Under the pieces are notes generated by a model, which saw only the letters and a list, made by a program, of their open reading frames with translations, was not told where the DNA came from and ran no database searches. The position numbers and the translations under genes are program-made. From Octopus bimaculoides (taxonomy: Eukaryota), in contig NC_068994.1 of NCBI RefSeq assembly GCF_001194135.2, forward strand, positions 4,211,519 through 4,275,518: a stretch of DNA of 64,000 bases, in the 5' to 3' direction. This document shows positions 9,861 to 19,756 of the stretch, in pieces; the stretch's first letter is position 1, and every line of letters starts with the position of its first letter.

Positions 9861-12182
9861 ATGGAGAAGACTTCATCTGATAAATCGGGGAAAAACCTGG
9901 TCTCCAACACCAGCGATCGGAACCACCCTCATAGCATTTGTTCAGCAAGCAGCAGCAATGGTACCAGCTGTGCGAATAGTCCGAGCCATGTCACTGCCGC
10001 CATCAACATGCATTCAAAGCAGTTCATGCAGCATTATCCATGGCAGGCTCAACGCTTCCCTCACGTCCCCGACAAGTCGTGGTGCAGTGAGATATACAGC
10101 AACCAGTTTGCTCAGCGTTGCTACTTACAGTCTCATGGTATTTTCCCATCAGCTGGCACTACTGCTGCGGGCAGTTGCTCCGAGAAGGCTTTCCACTGCG
10201 CCGCCAGCTACATGAACCAGTTCACGCAGCGGTGTTTCCTGCAAACGCACGAACGGCTGCAGAACTTCGATAAACAGGCAATGGATGTTAACGACTACAT
10301 GAAACACTTGCATGGGGGCACGTACCAGCCGAAACACTGCCAGGCTGCTAACAACAATAGCATAGTGAGTAGTGGTTGTGGTGGTGGGAGTAGTTGTAGT
10401 GTTGGGGGTGGTGGCAGCTGTAGCATTGGCGGTGGCGGTGGTGGTGGTGGAGGTAGTTGTGGTGGTGTTGGTGGTGGTAGTAGTAGCTGTAGTGTTAACC
10501 TGACCAGTAACAGCAGCTGCGGCAACACCAACCATCGCAATAGCGTATCCAGCAGCAGCAACAACAACAATAACAACACTAACAGCAACAATAACAACAA
10601 CAACAACAACAACAACACCAGCAGCAGTAACGGCAACACATCGGTTTATCCAAAGCAAGTAGCTCAGGTACAGCATGCTGTGAAAACACAGCCACCCTCT
10701 TCACCAAACACAAAGGTGCCACTTCAGCAGCCCCATCACATGCTCCTTCTGCAACCCCCTCCACCCATCGAGAAACCCTTCCACTGTGACCTTTGTCCAA
10801 AACAGTTTGCACGTAGGAATACGTTACAAATGCACAAACGCATTCACACAGGTGAGAAGCTGTTCCATTGCAGCTACTGCGACAAGCGATTCGTGCACCG
10901 AGATAAACTTCAAATACATGAGCGGACTCATACGGGAGAGAAACCGTTTCATTGCACTTACTGCACGAAACAGTTTTCTCGTAAGGACAAATTAAAGATT
11001 CACGAGTGCTCTCACACGGGATTAAAACCTTATCACTGCAGCTACTGCGACAAACGGTTTGTCCAAAGAGAAAAACTTAAGATTCACACAAGGATCCACA
11101 CGGGAGAACGTCCATATTCGTGTGACATTTGTTTCAAGCAATTTGCTCGCGGTGATAAGCTTCAAATTCATCGTAGAACTCACACAGGAGAGAAACCATT
11201 CCACTGTGAATACTGTCCGAAAAACTTTGTCCAGCGTGATAACTTGGTTATACACAGAAGGACCCATACTGGGGAGAAACCATTTTCTTGTGAAGTATGT
11301 TCAAAGCGATTTGCTCGCGGTGATAAGTTGCAAATCCATCGTAGAACACATACGGGAGAGAAACCGTTCCATTGTGAATACTGTCCGAAGACTTTTGCTC
11401 AAAGAGATAATTTAGTCATACATAGAAGAACCCATACAGGAGAGAAGCCCTTCTCCTGTGAATTCTGTCCCAAGCAGTTCTCTCGGAGTGATAAGCTCCA
11501 GTTGCATCGCAGGACTCACACGGGTGAGAAATTGTTCCATTGTAAGTATTGTTCAAAGCAGTTTGTTCAAAGGGACAAACTTCAGATCCATGAACGAACT
11601 CACACAGGCGAGAAGCCGTTTCACTGTGAGATTTGTTCAAAGAAGTTTGCTCGTAAAGACAGGCTGCAAATCCACAAGAAGACGCACACTGGTGAGAAGC
11701 CCTTCCACTGCGACCTTTGCCCGAAGCAGTTTGCACAGCGAGACAACTTGAAAATTCACCGGAGGATACATACCGGTGAGAAGCCTTTCCACTGCGAAAT
11801 CTGTTCGCGCCAGTTTGCCAGAAAGGACAAATTGCAGATTCATCGGAAAACTCACATGATTGAGAAAGTTTCGTTCAACTGCGACATATGCCACAAGCAA
11901 TGTGAATCAAAAGAAATGTTGATGAGTCACCAGCAATTAAATCATGCACCACCACCTCCGCCGCCGCCACCACCACCACCACCACCACCCCTCACCAATA
12001 ACGACACCTCACATTTATGCTGCCAGGTTTGTAATCGGGAATTTGCAACTGTCGAGAAGTTACAAAATCATGAAAAGACACATAAACCAGTGAGAAATAA
12101 TTTTCTGAAACCCACATCGTGTAAGAATATCAAGGAATACACCCCAATGAGTACATTGCTGTGGCAATCTATCTACCCCTAA
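9861..12182 (+). CDS. ZNF-A: multi-C2H2 zinc-finger protein, 773 aa (13 tandem fingers at 10779-11855 plus 2 spaced C-terminal fingers; poly-G, poly-N and poly-P tracts)
   Basis: Uninterrupted ORF starting in aggATGg context. 13 CxxC-x12-H-x3-H units joined mostly by TGEKP-type linkers (84-nt period), then [22 protein letters not shown] and [21 protein letters not shown]. Paralogue of ZNF-D. Confidence 0.95.
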   Translation: MEKTSSDKSGKNLVSNTSDRNHPHSICSASSSNGTSCANSPSHVTAAINMHSKQFMQHYPWQAQRFPHVPDKSWCSEIYSNQFAQRCYLQSHGIFPSAGTTAAGSCSEKAFHCAASYMNQFTQRCFLQTHERLQNFDKQAMDVNDYMKHLHGGTYQPKHCQAANNNSIVSSGCGGGSSCSVGGGGSCSIGGGGGGGGGSCGGVGGGSSSCSVNLTSNSSCGNTNHRNSVSSSSNNNNNNTNSNNNNNNNNNNTSSSNGNTSVYPKQVAQVQHAVKTQPPSSPNTKVPLQQPHHMLLLQPPPPIEKPFHCDLCPKQFARRNTLQMHKRIHTGEKLFHCSYCDKRFVHRDKLQIHERTHTGEKPFHCTYCTKQFSRKDKLKIHECSHTGLKPYHCSYCDKRFVQREKLKIHTRIHTGERPYSCDICFKQFARGDKLQIHRRTHTGEKPFHCEYCPKNFVQRDNLVIHRRTHTGEKPFSCEVCSKRFARGDKLQIHRRTHTGEKPFHCEYCPKTFAQRDNLVIHRRTHTGEKPFSCEFCPKQFSRSDKLQLHRRTHTGEKLFHCKYCSKQFVQRDKLQIHERTHTGEKPFHCEICSKKFARKDRLQIHKKTHTGEKPFHCDLCPKQFAQRDNLKIHRRIHTGEKPFHCEICSRQFARKDKLQIHRKTHMIEKVSFNCDICHKQCESKEMLMSHQQLNHAPPPPPPPPPPPPPPLTNNDTSHLCCQVCNREFATVEKLQNHEKTHKPVRNNFLKPTSCKNIKEYTPMSTLLWQSIYP

Positions 12183-13453
12183 TTTTGATAATACATTGGG
12201 TTTGTTACAGATTAATTTAGCACCTTAACACTTGGCATTGTTCTACTTGCCTGTTTGATGGAAAAAAGAAAAGAAAAAAATATGTATTGGCTATGATTCT
12301 AAAAAGTAATTGGGATCCAGCTATAAAATGAATGCTTGAAAAAAAAAAAATACTTGCAGATGTCTGCATTTACAGAACTATCCAACCCATGCTAGCTAGT
12401 ATGGATAATCAAGAGGATGTAATCATGTGAAATGTCTAAAAATAATGGTCAAACATCCACAACATAAATCAAGAGATTGATTATAAATTTACAGTGGAGC
12501 AAGTGCATCGTTAATTAATTGACAAGGGAGATCCAACTGCTTAATTAATCATTTGCTCTGAAAATGTTGAGACAAATCTGAATCTGCCCTGCCTATCCAA
12601 TAGGGGTACATCTATGCAGTTCATCAGCCTGTTAAAATAACAGCCAAATTCCCTGACATACACTTAAAAAAAAAGGACACAATGGGTAGTGTAATCCTTA
12701 AATACACAAAAGGATGGGGTTGTCCCAGCTGGAGCTCCTTTGATTATATGTCTGCTGGTTCAGAATTGATTTGGGGCTAAGTGAAATAATAATAATAGCC
12801 ACATCATATCTGCTGGACAGAAAGAGACATTGATATGAAATAAGTGTTTAACAAATATGCAAAGAGCTCAACACTGAAAGATGAAAAGTTTTAACATGAC
12901 AAATCAGTGAAGCAGAAGAGAAACTTCCATGATAAATGGTGGATGAGAGGAAACAGAAGACAGTTGCTATGGTATGTCGATGGCAGTGACGCTGAAAATA
13001 AAGATGGTCAAAGAAAACAGAATCAAATGATGACAATCAAAAGTGTTTCAGGTGTCGGATTATTTTAGAGTTGATGTAATGAAGCTTGATCTATATAATA
13101 AACGTTTTTGGTGGGGTGAACTGTTAAAACAAGTAAGCTGCTTACTGACCTTTGAATATATTATGCAGAAACAAAGAGTGGAGCAGTTGTGTATCTCCAG
13201 GTGAATAGGAAGAAGTGAAGGCTTTTGTAGACATCTGTGAGGATATTTCATGAGAAGAAAGTTTTAGCTTCTTACTCGTCGGAGTGACTCTCATGTGGAT
13301 GTTTTAAACAATAATTGAAGAAAACACAAACAATGGCACAAGACTAGGCTTTACCTGAAGATTCATTACAAATAAAAATGATTGCCATGAGATCTGGCCT
13401 TACCTACAAGATTCATTATAAAAAAAAATTAAAAAAAATTTTTTTTAATTAAA

Positions 13454-13800
13454 ACCACCAATAGCACAAAGTGCCGGCTGTGTTCTGATGGTGAAACAGT
13501 TAACAATATCATTGCTGAATGTCCAGTCTTGGCATGAGTGGTATTCGAGCCGACCGAATATGTTTATTGGACAACATTCAAGAGAAATTCATGGTAAATG
13601 TTACTTCCACATCCTGACAGCAGAGACCACCTTCAGCCAAAGATTTTGTATGGTCTTATTAACATTGGTGGAGATATTAATGACAACAGACCAGACATAG
13701 TTATCTATGATTGAAAATAATTAAATCTATCAATCAATAAAATCTTAAAACGAAATTTTGGGAAGTTCAAGGACTTGCTACAGGGATTTTGAAAATGTGA
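13454..13800 (+). mobile_element. Decayed 3' part of an RLE-type non-LTR retrotransposon (R4/Dong-like)
   Basis: Translates to KCRLCSDGETVNNIIAECPVLA*...YVYW (CCHC knuckle with H>N), then DNRPDIVIYD* (PD motif of a restriction-like endonuclease) and KFKDLA. Contains stops and frameshifts. Confidence 0.75.
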
Positions 13801-13944
13801 AGAACAAAAGTGAAATGATTTCATACATTTTAAAAGTTGCAAGTGTAAAGTGTACAACTTAGAAGTTTTTCTACCAGGCATGGCTCATACGACATGTGAA
13901 GTATTGGATGTAACCAAGATGGTGATAAGTTGTTAAAAAGTTTT

Positions 13945-14390
13945 GTGACACCTTTTTTGGTACCAACCTGCCTGAGATCAGACCTGGTTCTATGATACAA
14001 ACTTTCTTATTGTGATCTAAATTTAAATCTTCCATCAAAATTCCATGTTGATTTGTTCCAAACACCAACTGAATAATGACAGTCGTTTTACTAGATTCTT
14101 CATAATTTTCATAATTAATTGACACAAACAGTGTATTTCAACAGAAATTTGGCAACAAAAAGGTTAAACCTTCAGCGTTTAAACCACCCATACCTGGCCC
14201 AAATATCTTATGTGATTTATGTTGAAAACGGCCAGGTCTGACCTCTCATACCTATTCTACAGTGTCATTCTATAAATAAGGAATTACAGCATCAAAATCT
14301 CAAAGCAACAACATAATACATCGTTGATTCAGAACAATGTGAATAAATAAGCATCACATGTGACAGAATAACATGAATGCTACAGGGCTA
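13945..14390. mobile_element. Two adjacent piggyBac-like MITEs (TTAA-CCCTT...AAGGG-TTAA-type ends), joined at aaaaggTTAAaccttc ~14165
   Basis: First copy: cctttttggtacc...ggcaacaaaaaggttaa. Second copy: ttaaaccttcagcgttt...gaatgctacagggctaa. The second family is also at 28444-28610 (ttaacccttcagaattt). Confidence 0.55.
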
Positions 14391-14992
14391 AACTTGGTGT
14401 CTGACACCAAAACCTGTCTAAGATTAATGCTATGTACATTATTGGTAGAACTGCAAAAGAAGGGAGACGTGAAAAAGAAAAAAAAAAACAGTAATAACCT
14501 CATGCTGGAAACCTGCAGAAGATTGAAGTGGGAATTACTGAAATTTCACTTAAGTTTAACAAAGTTTTTGTCTGATATTTCTTGGTTCATCATGGCCATC
14601 AATTAAGACAACAATAATAATATCACAGATGAGGCCAGTGAAACAGCTTCAAATATTCATCCTTTAAAACAAAACTTGAACATTCAGTTGAATCACTCCT
14701 TGTGGTTATAATATTGTTTCTTGAATGGCCTTCTAAGGACGAAAATCCCCCCACATATATAAAACGAACCGAAAATTTTCTGGTTTCCTTCTAAAACTCT
14801 CTGGAAACCATTTCTGAGACAACCCAAAACACATATTTCTAACTCAGGACTTTGTGTATGTCAATCTTTTCTTCTCGAGCTTTCAGTCATTCAAGTCCAT
14901 CTCAAATTTTACATTTTTCCCTAATGTGTAATTTTAAATAAAAGCAGGGCTGTTAAATAAAAACGCCCATGTGTATAAGCCTAACAGATGCA

Positions 14993-15029
<37 letters not shown>

Positions 15030-15539
15030 GCATATATATATATACACACACATGTATATATACAGACACACACACATATATATATATATATACAATCATA
15101 AAGGAGTTGAAGTAGTGGAATGGATATGACCACCACTTTGGCTAACGAGTCCCGATTCTCATGTCTCATCCTTAGTGCTGCTTTTGATTTCCCCCTGGAC
15201 AAGGCACTGGCCCCGACCCCTTCCCCTGTCACATTCACCTTGTTATAGACCAGAGCAGGTAACAAAATCGTGAAAGAGAGAGAGAGAGTGTGAAATAAAG
15301 TGAGGATGAGGGCTGCCATCCAACATGAAAAATTGTCAAAGGAGTTTGGTGAAGGCCAAACTTATCCAAAATAATGAAGAACTTTAGATCGGACTGGGTG
15401 ACATCTTAAAACTGATTAAAAAACATTTTATTATTGTAGATATTGTCAAATGTCTGTGAGAATTTTCTGGAACTTACAGTAACAAAATATATATAAAAAT
15501 ATAACTGATCAAAAATCTTGTTTCTTTTTTTGTTTTTTG

Positions 15540-15900
15540 TTTTATCTTTTTATTTTACATGTTTAAGCCATTGGACTGTGGCCAACCTGGAGCAACATCT
15601 CGATGGATTTTTTTTTTTTTTAAACAAATTGACCTCATTTTTTAAAGTCTGGTACTTATTCAATTGGGGTCTTTTGCTGAACTGCTCAGTTACAGGAATT
15701 TAGGCAAATCAGTGCCAGTTATCAAGGAGGGCATAAACACACACATACAATGGTTTTCTGCATAGTTTCCATCTACCAAATTCACTGACAAGGCATTGGT
15801 TAGCCCAGAGCTATTGTAGAAGACATTTGCCCAAGTTGCTCCAGTGGGTCTGAACCTGAGACCATATTCTTACAAAGCAAGCTTCTTAACCACTCGCCCA
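15540..15900 (-). mobile_element. SINE family A, diverged
   Basis: Reverse complement of the family A head (gcttcttaaccac), core and tail. Confidence 0.75.
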
Positions 15901-16099
15901 CTGTCATTGACCACGTCAGCGATTTTAGTTTGTTTAAACTTGCCTCAATAGGTCTTCACAAGCAAAATTCATTGTCCAATGAATGAGGGGTACTCAGAAG
16001 TGGGCCGGTTACACGTCCTCTTATATTTTCATTAACTGTTTAAGGTGTTCATGTTGTTGCAAGTAGACATAGGCATCCTCTCAACTGATTTTTCCCATT

Positions 16100-16204
16100 C
16101 TTTGGCCCAGCATCACGTCCAGTATATGACAGCTGATAAGGGGCACTGAGGGTATTATGTGGCCATGAAGTGGGTGGTGGCCCCAAAATGTTTGAGAACC
16201 ACTG
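16100..16204. mobile_element. hAT-like MITE end
   Basis: gtttgagaaccactg (reverse complement CAGTGGTTCTCAAAC) is typical of hAT/Charlie termini. Similar ends at 30205 (cagtgtttctcgac) and 50607-50621. Confidence 0.45.
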
Positions 16205-17061
16205 GTGTATATGAATGGTTTTTGAGAGTTGATCAAGCAGGTACAGGGGTGCTAAAAGTAAAGAGGAAGCTAGAAATGAGGTCTATGAAGGGAGTTCAGT
16301 TCTCAGTCCCCTGTTATTTGATGTAGTTCTTCTAAGTCATGACAGAAAACTTCAAGGCTGGCTGTCTTTGAGAATTCTTATATATCAATGCCTGGTTGTT
16401 ATAGCTGAGTTGGCCAAAAGATTTAGAGATTAAGTCCTTTAAGAAATGGAAGCAGGGTCTACAATAAAAATCCAACAGTAAATCTAGAAAAGAAAAGACA
16501 AGATTTAACAAGAACAATAAAAAACTTTAGGGCTCTCTGGGAATCGGTCATATTTAATCGACAGAAACAATTTTGGTGGGACTTTTATACCCGAGTATTT
16601 AATGGAAACTATAGGAATCACAAGTAAATCTAATAGAGAAGCGGGACTTTGTATGCAGCAGATGTACAGGGGTAGATGGCAGTAGGGGCAGCCGTGTTTT
16701 AAATTACTTCATATGGTGGAAGACCGTAACGTTGTAGTTTCTGTTACCTTGGTAACCTCAAAAAGCAGAGTAGAAGATGGGTTTCAGAAAGTTCAGGCAG
16801 TTAATTAGTTCTGCTGGTAATGAGGGAAATCCTTTCTTAAAATGAAGAACAGATTGTATGATGTGTGATGTTGCTGCATTACAACAAACTTTGGACATTA
16901 AGATACAGAAGATGAGGAAGGGGTGTAAAGGGGATGGGTGCTCTGGTGGAGGAATCATGGGAAGATGAATAAGAAAAATAAGCTTGGTATGAAAGAAATC
17001 AAATACCAAACATGAGAGAAGATTGTGTTGGTATGATTCAAGTTTTTTTTTTTTTTTTTGC

Positions 17062-17372
17062 AATGTCCATTCCCCATGCTGGCATGGTTTGGACAGGAGC
17101 TGGTAAGGATGACAGCCACTCTAGGGTCTATTGTTTTGGCAAGGTTCCTACAGCTGGATGCTCTTTCTAATGTCAACCACTTTAGAGTGTATTGGGTGCT
17201 TTCTATGTGGCCCCAGCACCAGCACTTTTTATGTGGTACCATCGCCAGTGGTTTTTATGTGGTACCATCACTAGTGCTTCTTATGTGGTACCATTGCTAG
17301 TGCTTTTTAGGTGGTACCATCACCAGTGGTTTCTATGTGGTATCATCACCAATGATTTTTATGTGGTACCAA
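17062..17372 (-). mobile_element. SINE family B with an internal 26-bp tandem expansion (17195-17372)
   Basis: ccatgctggcatgg...ctacagctggatg, then ~7 copies of agtgctttttatgtggtaccatcacc. Confidence 0.8.
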
Positions 17373-18159
17373 CAAGGTCAAGTACCTTGCAAGACAAGAC
17401 ATCTGAACAGGATTATAAGATGAATATGAAGGATGATAGTCGAGTGAAGAAGTGGAGGAGGTCGGACATCATTAAGAAGCTGATGAAGGACTATAATATG
17501 GTCGAGATGGCTTCTCTAATACATGCAAGCATAGAAAAATATGCAAAAGGAAGAAGAGGAGACATATAAATATATACAACAGGAAATTCATGTACAAACA
17601 GCAAATGGTTATTTTTTTTCTCTTTTTCAAATTATTTATTTTTGCCATTAAAAAATAAAATAAAATAAAACCTAGCAGTCATTTATATTGTCCAGTATCT
17701 GACACCGACTCTTGTCCATTGGCTCCACACACCCTCACGTTATCCATTGACTGCCCCCTCACCCAAAATAATGGCGAGAAAGAGAAGGAAAAAACCCCAC
17801 CCCATATGTATACATAATAATAATAATATAAAACTAGAGAAACAAAGCCTGGTTGATTAAAAAAAACCCAAAAATAACAAAATCCAATCTTGTCATTCAC
17901 AGCCCATCTGTGACCAGGCTAGAGCAGGTTTTAAGAGTGTGCAAGAACTGACCCCAGAAGAGTTGAGTTACATCCACGAAAGAGAGACAGAGAGAGGTGG
18001 AAGGAGGGAGGGAGGGAGATAGCATTTAGCAGGGGGGTGGGGAATGAGAAGACTGTTTGCAATATGTTAATCAGTTTTTAGCGGATCAACACCCTGGCTT
18101 TTTTATCCTCATACACTGCATATATATACATATATATATTCACACACACACACACATAT

Positions 18160-18410
18160 CGTTGTCATCATTTAACATCTGTTTTCCATGCTGACATGAC
18201 TTGGATGGTTTAACAAGAGCTGGAAAGCCAAAGAGCTGCACCAGGTCCCAAAGTTCATTTTTACATGGCTTCTATGGCTGGATGTCCTTCCTGACGCCAA
18301 CCACTCTACAGGGTGCTTTTTATGTGGCATCACTGCCTGTGTTTTTTACATGGCACCATCGCCAGAGTATTTCATGTGGTACCAGCACCAGTGCTTTTTA
18401 CATGGCATAT
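18160..18410 (-). mobile_element. SINE family B
   Basis: catcatttaacatctgttttccatgctg...ggatgtccttcctgacgccaacc. Confidence 0.8.
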
Positions 18411-18825
18411 ATATACATGTATAAAATGTTCATTTTACCATGATACACATTATATGTATAATACTTTAAGTGTATTATATATTTCATTTATATATATATG
18501 TACACATATATACATACATGCATACATTATTAGCTTATACAAACATGCACACACATACAGTGACTGTGGCCATGCAGGGGCACCACCTTAAAGCATATCT
18601 GTCTCTGCATGTTTAGCAGAAGTGGTGAATTGTAGAATGGAACTTTTGTTTTCTCACAAAAAACATATTGAGAAAATTAGCAAAGTTTTGTGAACCATGG
18701 AACTACCATTACCCCCTCTTTCTCTCTCTCTGTCCCTCTCTCTCTCTTCCATCTCTCCTCCACCAACATCTGATACCAAACCAACATCAACAGAATTGAC
18801 TGATGTAACAATGTTTTGGAAGCAG

Positions 18826-19335
18826 ACGCCTGTCAGAATCAAGTATGAGAATCAAATTGTTGGAGTTGAATATGAGAGTCACACTGTTGGAGTGGAGTAT
18901 GAGAGTTATGCTGCTGGAATGACATATGAGAATCACTCTGTCGGACTTGAGTATAAGTCACACTGAGCCACACTGTTCAAGTGGAGTATGAGTCACACTG
19001 TTGGAGTGGAGTATGAGAGTCACACTGTTGGAGTGGAGTATGAGAGTTATGCTGCTGGAGTGACATGAGAATCACTGTCGGACTTGAGTATGAGTCACAC
19101 TGTTGGAGTGGAATATCAGAGTCACACTGTTGGAGTGGAGTATGAGAGTCACACTAGTGGAGTGGAGTATGAGAGTCATGCTATCAGAGTCACACTGTTG
19201 GAGTGGAGTGTGAGTCACACTGTCGGACTGGAGTATGAGAGTCACACTGTCAGAGTGGAGTATGAGAGTCGTCTTAGCAGGGTGAAGGTTAAGAGTCACA
19301 TTGTCAGAAAGGAATATGAAAGTCTAGTTTGTTGA
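18826..19335 (+). repeat. 27-bp minisatellite (consensus agtcacactgttggagtggagtatgag), ~19 units
   Basis: Direct tandem units, some shortened to 23-25 bp. Reads SHTVGVEYE in one frame. Confidence 0.9.
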
Positions 19336-19756
19336 GGTTGTAAATTCATAACCTATTGAAATGGTGGTAATCCACTTGGATTAACTGATGATTAAATATC
19401 TACAGTTTGCAGACAATGGGAAACCACAAGTTCAGAGTGTGTGCGTGCCGAGTAGGGGTGTGAGTGTGTGTGTAGAGGGCTGTTTACTTAAGGGGTTTGT
19501 GACAAAACCCTGTCACATTTCAATAATCAATTCTCTTTTCAATTCAACACAACGAACCATATTTAATTTCTTCATTTTCCGTTTAAAATTGGAAAATTTT
19601 AATTCAATTTGTTTTTTTTGTTTTCCAAATTTCATTTCCAAGTTTGTTGTTTTATATTTCAGTTTTTACATTTTTTCGTTTCTTTTTTTTGAAAACTTCC
19701 TCGGGGGTTTAAAATTTCATTTGTTTTCTGTCTGTTTTTGTTTTTGTTTTTTATTT

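Noticed and set aside
10149-11900. Antisense and alternative-frame ORFs over ZNF-A (likewise 19388-20956 over B, 31950-33120 over C, 59599-60930 over D)
   Set aside because: Shadow ORFs caused by the codon structure of the real genes and their trinucleotide tracts.
12990-13380. AATAAA hexamers as the ZNF-A polyadenylation signal
   Set aside because: Several candidates occur in AT-rich DNA and cannot be distinguished without 3'-end data.
17375-17569. Charged ORF tail (…VKKWRRSDIIKKLMKDYNM…) after a SINE
   Set aside because: No recognisable motif and its start lies inside SINE subrepeats. It may be a TE fragment but cannot be supported.
18826-19335. CRISPR-like appearance of the 27-bp array (and the 26-bp and 34-bp arrays)
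   Set aside because: Units are head-to-tail without unique spacers, the context is eukaryotic, and there are no cas genes.
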